From Hyalangium minutum (GTDB lineage: Bacteria > Myxococcota > Myxococcia > Myxococcales > Myxococcaceae), in contig NZ_JMCB01000006.1 of the NCBI RefSeq assembly GCF_000737315.1, positions 434,001-498,000 of the forward strand: 64,000 bases of DNA, given 5' to 3'. Made by a program: the position numbers and the translations under genes. Below, piece after piece: positions 54,966 to 64,000 of this stretch (position 1 is the first letter of the stretch; each line of letters opens with the position of its first letter). Below the pieces are notes generated by a model. It was not told the DNA's origin. It ran no database searches and saw nothing but the letters and a program-made list of their open reading frames with translations.

Positions 54966-56060
54966 TCAGTCTACGCGCACCACCGCCACGTCTTGCACTC
55001 CCTTGGCAGGGTCCACATCCACCGCGAGGTAGTGCCGCCCCACCCCATCGAACGTCTCCGGGATGGCGCCACCTCCGCCGGAGATGTAGGCGGGGATGCC
55101 CGCGTTCGAGAACGCGTAGTACGAGTGGACGTGACCATAGAGGGTCAGGTCCACCCCGGCCCGCGACATCTTGCCCACCAGTGCGGCGGCCTCGTTGCGG
55201 CTGGAGAACGAGCCGTTGCGCACCCCCACCGGATCCAGCGGAGCGATGTGCATGCCCACCACGTGCACCGCGTCCTCACCGTCCGCCAACCACCCGTCGA
55301 ACTGCTCCTCCACCGTGGGATCCAACGTGCCGTTGCCTGTGTCCAGCAGCGAGAAGTGCACGCCCTGGAAGGTGAAGTGCTGGCTGCCCCGCCCGACGAG
55401 CTCGTGGTACGGCACTCCCACCGTGAACGTCTCGTGGTTGCCCAGCGTGGCGTACAGCGGAATGCGTGAGGCCTCCTGCCGCAGCTGGAACTCCTCCAGC
55501 TGCTCGCGGCTGCCCGTCTCCGTCAGGTCCCCCGAGAAGACGATGAAGCGCAGCGACGGGTCCTCGTTCATCCGCGCGTAGATGTCCCCCACCTTCGGGA
55601 GCGCCTCCTGCACGTCCGCCAGCGCGGCGAACCGGTAGGGCTTGGGCTGGTCCCAGTCCGGTGGTGCCACCGTGAGACGCACCTCGCGGCCAGCCCGGAG
55701 GTGGACGCGCCACGTCTTCACCGTCGGCACCATCGAGGGCCCCGGCTCCACCTCCAGCGGCTCGCTGCCCGCCTCCGCTGACAGCACCGCGTCCGGCATG
55801 GCGTTGCGCACCACCAGCGTCCACCACTCGGGCGCGCCGGCCTGGGCCGTGGCCCGCAGGCGCAACACGGGCGCGTTGCCCCACAACGTCAGCGCGCCAG
55901 GCTCCAGGCCTCGCACCGCCGCCAGCCCGTCCTCCACCACCAGAGAGAGCCCTCCGCTCTCGGCGCGGCCAATCTCCAGATCCTTCAGCGCACGCCCCTC
56001 CGCGGGCCGCACGCACCCGGCCAGCGGCAGCAGCACCAGCAACCACCCCAGACGCCTCAC
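54966..56060 (-). CDS. Calcineurin-like metallophosphoesterase lipoprotein
   Basis: Lipobox LAGC; ADVQ, GDLTE, GNHE, H.APLD, GHVH. Confidence 0.88.
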   Translation of the reverse strand: MRRLGWLLVLLPLAGCVRPAEGRALKDLEIGRAESGGLSLVVEDGLAAVRGLEPGALTLWGNAPVLRLRATAQAGAPEWWTLVVRNAMPDAVLSAEAGSEPLEVEPGPSMVPTVKTWRVHLRAGREVRLTVAPPDWDQPKPYRFAALADVQEALPKVGDIYARMNEDPSLRFIVFSGDLTETGSREQLEEFQLRQEASRIPLYATLGNHETFTVGVPYHELVGRGSQHFTFQGVHFSLLDTGNGTLDPTVEEQFDGWLADGEDAVHVVGMHIAPLDPVGVRNGSFSSRNEAAALVGKMSRAGVDLTLYGHVHSYYAFSNAGIPAYISGGGGAIPETFDGVGRHYLAVDVDPAKGVQDVAVVRVD

Positions 56061-57286
56061 GGCTCACCTCCCAGCGCGTACACCGCCGACAGCCGCGCCA
56101 CATAGGCCGAGCCCGCCTGCACATCCGCGGACACGCCCCAGTGCTCGCTCAGCAGCACACGGCCGCGCAGGCCGAAGTGCCCCGGCACTCCCGCGCCCAC
56201 CTTCAGGCCGCCGGCATAGTCATCCTTGCGGTGGTCGTAATAAAGGAGCGCCTCCCCGCGCAGCGGCCCCGCGCGCCCCAGGTACACCCCATAGCCGAAC
56301 GTGAAGAGCAGCTGCTGGTGCAGCGCATCGTCGGAGGGAGGGCCGAAGTAGCCGTAGCCCTGGAAGGCCAGGCCCGCGCTCACCTCGGCGAAGGAGCCCT
56401 CGAGCCGGGGGCTCATCCGCGCCATGGCGTACCGGCCTCGCAGGCCCACCTCGGCGCTGCCCATGAAGAAGCCCTCGGTGGGGAAGCGGTGGTAGATGGC
56501 CGCGGCCTCCACATCCACCGCTGTGCCATCGTCTCCGCCCCGGGCCCGCTCCGGCGCGCCGAGCACCCGGTACGCACCTCCCACCCGCAACCGCGAGTTG
56601 CCATCGCCAGGAGACAGCCGCGCGGAGCCCTCCAGCCGCACCGACTCCAGCCGCGCGGTGGCCCCCAGCGCCAGAAAGTGGCGGTAGTCGAAGTTCGGAT
56701 CGCTCACGTGCTGGTAGCCGAAGTCCAGTTCCAGCGGCGGCAAGGAGGACGCGGCCCAACCAGGCGTAAACGCGGGGGACACCGTGGAGTAGAGGTTGGC
56801 CATCGCGGACAGAGAGAAGAGGCCCGCGCCCGCCAGACACACCGTGTACAGCGGGCCCACGACGCGCCGGGATGCCCCCGTCAGGGCGATGGGCGCTCCG
56901 CCCACGAGCAGCAGCCCCAGCCCCGTCCCTTCCATGGCGAAGAGCCGCCCCGCGGTCCGCGTGTCGCCCGCCGCCAGCGGCCCCATCCCATGCAACAGCA
57001 GCCCGGGCACCACCGAGGCCACCACCGGGAACACCTGGAAGCCTGGGCGGGCCGGCCCGAGCTCGGCAGGCCCTGGCGAAGGCGTTCCCACCAGCGAGCC
57101 CTCGGAGCTCCCGGGGAGCGGCGCCAGCCCGGGTCGCGCCCGAGGCGCATCGGACGCCACCGTCTCCACGACAGGCTCGGAGGGGGCCGCACCTGACAGG
57201 TCCTCGGCCCTCCCCACCCCGGGCCCTCCCACCAGGAGCAACACCACTCCTACCTTTAGGAGCAGGGACTTATCTGGGTCTGCCAT
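56057..57286 (-). CDS. Hypothetical exported protein, probable C-terminal beta-barrel
   Basis: Signal peptide, PGLLLHG.G TM pair, alternating beta-strand pattern; GTGA-coupled to the phosphoesterase. Confidence 0.6.
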   Translation of the reverse strand: MADPDKSLLLKVGVVLLLVGGPGVGRAEDLSGAAPSEPVVETVASDAPRARPGLAPLPGSSEGSLVGTPSPGPAELGPARPGFQVFPVVASVVPGLLLHGMGPLAAGDTRTAGRLFAMEGTGLGLLLVGGAPIALTGASRRVVGPLYTVCLAGAGLFSLSAMANLYSTVSPAFTPGWAASSLPPLELDFGYQHVSDPNFDYRHFLALGATARLESVRLEGSARLSPGDGNSRLRVGGAYRVLGAPERARGGDDGTAVDVEAAAIYHRFPTEGFFMGSAEVGLRGRYAMARMSPRLEGSFAEVSAGLAFQGYGYFGPPSDDALHQQLLFTFGYGVYLGRAGPLRGEALLYYDHRKDDYAGGLKVGAGVPGHFGLRGRVLLSEHWGVSADVQAGSAYVARLSAVYALGGEP

Positions 57287-57429
57287 GGCCTCTCCTCGTG
57301 TCCTTCCTGGAAGTCCCATTGAGGGAGCAAACCCCGGATCAGGTCAACCCCCGGTCCGCGGGCCCTACTTCCGGATTTCCAAACCGAATCCAGGTATGCT
57401 GCGGTCACCCTACCTCCCCCTTCTGCACC

Positions 57430-60141
<2,712 letters not shown>

Positions 60142-60446
60142 TCGCTGATCCACTCGGGACGAGCGGCCAGCCGAGCCCTGGGGCTGTTCCTCGAAGGACG
60201 ATTCCCACTCAGAGTGCAGTGCCTACCCTGTAAGCGTTGGCGCCTCGCGCGAGGGAGCAAGGCTAAGCCCTCGGAAAACCTGAGGTAGCCAAAAGGATCA
60301 TGAAAGGCACCCGTATTCTGGGTATGATCCACAGGTTCCTTCCGTAAAGGCCCCGAGGCCCAAGCCTCGGACCGCTCGACAAGGACGGGAAAGGCACGTG
60401 GGCGCGGAGCCGAGGTGGGCACCGGGCCCACGGGTCTTTTGAGGGC

Positions 60447-60486
60447 AAAAAAAAGCCGCACTCAGGTGAGGAGACCCAAGTGCGGC
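60447..60486 (-). terminator. Rho-independent terminator
   Basis: 13-bp stem (two G-U pairs) followed by eight T, downstream of the araC-type gene. Confidence 0.8.
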
Positions 60487-60530
60487 CCGCGACCCGGAAC
60501 GGAGGGGTTGGACACCGGGACGCGAAACAA
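60447..60530 (-). ncRNA. Candidate sRNA / 3'UTR element: two hairpins with C-rich loops ending in an intrinsic terminator
   Basis: Minus strand: CGCGTCCCGG-loop(TGTCCAACCCCTCCGTT)-CCGGGTCGCG, then GCCGCACTTGGGT-CTCCTC-ACCTGAGTGCGGC followed by T8. Confidence 0.5.
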
Positions 60531-60586
60531 CCCTGCGAGCGGCAAGCTAACGTCCCGGTCTGACATCCGCTGGTGAACACCTTCTC

Positions 60587-61630
60587 CTACTCGGAGAAAC
60601 GGGCGCTTCGCGCCGCCCGGCCACGCTCTCCCAGCCCCCGCCGGGCCCTCCCGAGCCCCCGAGCCGCCTCCTCTGGAGGCACCACCACCGCCTCCAAGGC
60701 CTCGCGCATCTGCTCGCGGTAGCGCCCGGGGGGCACGCCGCGGACGCGGTGGAAGGTGCGATTGAAGGCGAACTCGGAGGCGTAGCCCACGCGCTCGGCG
60801 ATGACGGCCAGGGACAGCTCCCCGTCTCGCATCAGGCGCGCGGCCACATCCATGCGCAGGCGCGTGAGGTAGACGAGCGGAGGCTCTCCCACCAGCTCGC
60901 GGAAGCGCCGCGAGAAGGTGGCGCGAGAGCAGGCCACCTCGGCCGCGAGCGACTCCACCGTCCAGTCCCTTCGGGGCTCTCCGTGCATCAGCGCCAGCGC
61001 ACGGCCCACCTGCGCATCCCTCACTGCGCCGAGCCACCCAGCACTGCCCTCGGGCTGCTGCTCCAGCCAGCCGCGGATGATGTGGATGAAGAGCACATCC
61101 ACCAGGCGCGCGGTGACGGTGACGGTGCCAGGGCCGGGCTGGGTGTACTCGGCCACCAGCAACCGGAGCACGGCCTCCAGCGGTCCGGACATGACGCCCG
61201 CATCCGCGCGGAGGTGAATCACGGACGGCAGCAGCGAGAGCAGCGGGTGGACGCCGTCGTGCTCGAAGCGATAGGCGCCGCACAGGAGCACGGTGGAGGG
61301 GCCCTTTCCCTCCAGGCTCAGGCTCATGCCATGCGGGCCCTGGGAGACCTGGCACCGCGCGAGCATCTTCGGGAAGGGCATCGGCTGGACGTTGGGCGCG
61401 CTGGTGAGGCTGTGCCCGGCGCCGTGGGGCAGCAGGACGACGTCTCCCTGCGCGAGGTGCAGGGGCTCGCGGCCCTTGGTGCGCAGCCAGCACGAGCCCT
61501 TCGCGACGATGTGGAGCCCGGCGCGAGAGGCGGGCTCGAAGAGCATGCCCCAGGGAGCAGGGAGCTCGGACCGGGCGAACACCGTCCCGCCGATCTGGGT
61601 GGAGGAGAGCACGTCTGCCAGCACATCCAT
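60587..61630 (-). CDS. AraC-family transcriptional regulator (Cupin_6 plus HTH)
   Basis: MDVLADVL, PWG, HIVAKGSCW, GDVVLLPHG, WTVESLA..SRATFSRRF, VGYASEFAFNRTF. Confidence 0.92.
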   Translation of the reverse strand: MDVLADVLSSTQIGGTVFARSELPAPWGMLFEPASRAGLHIVAKGSCWLRTKGREPLHLAQGDVVLLPHGAGHSLTSAPNVQPMPFPKMLARCQVSQGPHGMSLSLEGKGPSTVLLCGAYRFEHDGVHPLLSLLPSVIHLRADAGVMSGPLEAVLRLLVAEYTQPGPGTVTVTARLVDVLFIHIIRGWLEQQPEGSAGWLGAVRDAQVGRALALMHGEPRRDWTVESLAAEVACSRATFSRRFRELVGEPPLVYLTRLRMDVAARLMRDGELSLAVIAERVGYASEFAFNRTFHRVRGVPPGRYREQMREALEAVVVPPEEAARGLGRARRGLGERGRAARSARFSE

Positions 61631-61817
61631 ACCGGTGGGTTGCGAGCGCCGCATGATGAGGCGAACGCTACCACGCGCCTCCCACCCGAAACGAACCGGC
61701 CCCAGAACACCAGGAGCGAGCAAGCTCCCAGCGTCCAGGGCCGGTGTGGCTCTTCTCTGATCAGCGGAAAAGAGCCGATGTGGGCACCGGAGTCCGCTCA
61801 GTCGCGGCGAGCGAGCC

Positions 61818-63464
61818 CTACATGCCCGCGGCCTGCTGCAGATCGGCCAAGGAACTCGTGTTGCCGTGGCCACCCGTCACGGTGGTGACATCCAGGCTGT
61901 AGGTGGTCTTGATGGCGGTGTAGAGCTCCTTGGGGCCGTTGCCGAAGCCGCCCTGGCCCGGGTTGAAGAGGTCCGAGGCGAAGGCGATCTTGTCGTTGGG
62001 CAGGTAGAACAACAGCATGTCCGCCGCGTGGGTGTTGGGCAGGTTGTACGCGACGACCGGGTGCGAGGCGTCGTCGAGGCGCAGCGGGGTGCCGATGGCC
62101 ACGGGGACGATGGTGGGCGCAGTGGGCTTCTGGGCCAGGGCGTCCGGGCGGAGGGTGGACGGCGCGCGGAACAGCTCCTGGTAGAAGCTGGTGAGGGACT
62201 CGTGCGCGACGACCTTGGTGCCCTGAGCGACGTAGGAGCGCAGGCCGCCCGCGTGGTCGCTGTGGTGGTGCGTGGCCAGCACGTGGGTGATGGGCTTGTT
62301 GGGGAACTTCGCCTTGATCCAGTTGATGATCGCGTCACTGCGCTCGGGGTAGAGCGGCGCCTCGAGGACCACGATGCCGTTGGCCTGCTCCACGACGAGG
62401 GTGTTGTGCGAGTAGCCCCGGAGGTAGTGCACGCCCGGAGTCAGCACTGTCTCACTCGTGGTGAGGTCCACGCCGTCCAGCGGGATGCCGAAGGAGGCGA
62501 AGACCTGGTGGAAGACGTGCTGGGAGGCGCCGCGCGCCGCGTCCTCGGCATTGTAGGGCGGCAGGTTGGTGCCCGAGGGGAGCTGGAAGAGCGAGGCGGC
62601 CAGGGTGCCGTTGACCGTCACCGTCTTGCGCGTCTCGCTGGAGACGAGGTGCCCATCCACGCCCATGTAGACGTTCTTGGGGAAGAGCAGGCCGCTGGAG
62701 GTGGTCTCCCAGCCCTCATAGAAGACCTCGACGGGGACGTCGCGGTGGAGCGGCTCGTTCTCCAAGGTGGAGAGCTTGGCGAGCTTGCCCGTCTTCGCGT
62801 TCACATAGAGGGTGATGGGGTGGACGGAGTCACTGACCACCAGCAGGTTGTGGAGGCTGCCGTCGAGCAGGGCCGAGCCGCCGTCGGTGGCGATGCTCGG
62901 GTTGGCGGCGATGTCCTTGAGGATGAGGTGCGGGTTGAGGAACCGCTGCTGGCGGCGGATGGCGGCGGTGCGGTCCGAGAGCAGCGGGCCACCGGGTGCG
63001 CCGAAGAGGCTCTCGGTGCCGTCCAGGAAGCCGTCGTTGCCGTTGACGATCTCCTTGAAGTCCTGCTGGAGGGGGAAGAAGAGCGTCAGGGTGCGCTTGT
63101 GGTGGATGGCCAGCTTGTTGCCCGCGACGTCATAGCTGATGGTGGTGCCATTGGAGGTGCTGCCCATCAGCGGGGGATCCGACGGACGGAAGCCCTCGCC
63201 GGCGGTGTAGGCCTGGCCGGAGACGGTGAGCTCGAAGTTCTGCAGGCCTTGGACAGCGGCCTTTCCGCCGATGCCGGCAAACGCCTTGTCGGCAGTGCCG
63301 AGCGAAGGGTCAACGGTGGCGTCCGTGCCAGGCGCGCCCTGAGGACCTTGCTCGCCTTGAGGGCCTGCGTCTCCCTCGCAGCCAGCGGCGACGAGGGCAA
63401 AGCCAAGGGTAACGGCGCGCAGGGTGCGCAGCGGAGACCAGCGGGTGGAGGACAGCTTTCTCAT
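61818..63464 (-). CDS. Metallo-beta-lactamase-fold lipoprotein with short collagen-like repeat
   Basis: Lipobox VAAGC, GDAGPQGEQGPQGAPG, THHHSDHAGG (HxHxDH), H.AD, SDLF, GGHG. Confidence 0.85.
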   Translation of the reverse strand: MRKLSSTRWSPLRTLRAVTLGFALVAAGCEGDAGPQGEQGPQGAPGTDATVDPSLGTADKAFAGIGGKAAVQGLQNFELTVSGQAYTAGEGFRPSDPPLMGSTSNGTTISYDVAGNKLAIHHKRTLTLFFPLQQDFKEIVNGNDGFLDGTESLFGAPGGPLLSDRTAAIRRQQRFLNPHLILKDIAANPSIATDGGSALLDGSLHNLLVVSDSVHPITLYVNAKTGKLAKLSTLENEPLHRDVPVEVFYEGWETTSSGLLFPKNVYMGVDGHLVSSETRKTVTVNGTLAASLFQLPSGTNLPPYNAEDAARGASQHVFHQVFASFGIPLDGVDLTTSETVLTPGVHYLRGYSHNTLVVEQANGIVVLEAPLYPERSDAIINWIKAKFPNKPITHVLATHHHSDHAGGLRSYVAQGTKVVAHESLTSFYQELFRAPSTLRPDALAQKPTAPTIVPVAIGTPLRLDDASHPVVAYNLPNTHAADMLLFYLPNDKIAFASDLFNPGQGGFGNGPKELYTAIKTTYSLDVTTVTGGHGNTSSLADLQQAAGM

Positions 63465-63542
63465 GGGACAGCTCCCGGGGTGAGTGATGCGAGACGGGTG
63501 ACGACCGCGGGCCACTGAGTAGCGCTGGAGCCGTCCCGCGAG

Positions 63543-63581
63543 CCATGCCCGGGAGAATCAATGTTTTGTCCGTTCGTCTCA
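63543..63581 (-). promoter_or_regulatory. Possible AraC-type tandem operator upstream of the MBL gene
   Basis: TGAGACGAACGGACA and TGATTCTCCCGGGCA imperfect direct repeats about 21 bp apart. Confidence 0.35.
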
Positions 63582-63595
63582 CGCGCTCCCGGACG

Positions 63596-64000
63596 TCAGG
63601 AGTCCCGCTCGCGCATCAATGCGCCGACGGCGCGGAGCTCAGTGTCTTCGCTGCGCTCCAGCCGCTCCATGACGGCGCGGCGGTCCTCGGGAGCCCGGTT
63701 CTGGTTGAGCTTGAACTTGCCCTCCACGCGCGAGAGGCGGAGCTCGAACGCAGCAATACCGGGCAGGAGCTTCCGGGCATAGTCACCCTCCATGGACCAC
63801 GGCTTCTCGAAACCGGACTCATAGGTGTCCACGGAGGCGCGGAGGATGCGCAGCGCCTCCTCGGGCTCCTCGATGAGCCGAGGCTGGCCGTAGGCGTGGA
63901 CCACGGTGTAATTCCACGTTGGGACGTTGGGCTGGGTGACGTACCAGGACGGCGACACATAGGTGTGCGGGCCCTGGAAGATGACGAGGACGTCCTGGTC
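63596..64000 (-). CDS. FMN-binding PaiB-family protein (5' end outside the window)
   Basis: VIFQGPHTYVSPSWY, NVPTWNYTVVH.YG, GKFKLNQNR. Confidence 0.9.
   Translation of the reverse strand, partial: DQDVLVIFQGPHTYVSPSWYVTQPNVPTWNYTVVHAYGQPRLIEEPEEALRILRASVDTYESGFEKPWSMEGDYARKLLPGIAAFELRLSRVEGKFKLNQNRAPEDRRAVMERLERSEDTELRAVGALMRERDS

Overview
GC-rich myxobacterial chromosome segment. The Cystobacterineae (Myxococcaceae/Archangiaceae-like) assignment is inferred from two DUF2378/TIGR02265 genes, a PEGA-containing Ser/Thr kinase and a non-proteolytic archaemetzincin. About 55 CDSs and one tRNA-Gln(UUG); no rRNA, CRISPR array, transposase or integrase was recognised. The first ~18 kb is an accessory hotspot around bioA and a long-form RluA. 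It holds a secreted trypsin-like lipoprotein, an orphan HicA-like toxin followed by a large XRE-HTH protein, a two-gene operon (ADP-ribosyltransferase-fold protein plus 1149-aa PLD-nuclease-like protein) that looks like a defence system, a tRNA-like hairpin element, and a small biosynthetic cluster (MDR/CCR-like reductase, left-handed beta-helix acyltransferase, two FabH-like synthases, ACP, SDR, convergent AMP-ligase). The rest is mostly ordinary metabolism, envelope and signalling genes. The most striking locus there is a sigma54-type promoter, a 17-codon leader ORF, an RbfA paralogue translationally coupled to an RtcB RNA ligase, and then tRNA-Gln; this is a candidate ribosome/rRNA repair system. 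Several unannotated structured-RNA candidates also occur (11.3 kb, 38.2 kb, 60.5 kb). All family assignments come from motif recognition by eye; no searches were run.
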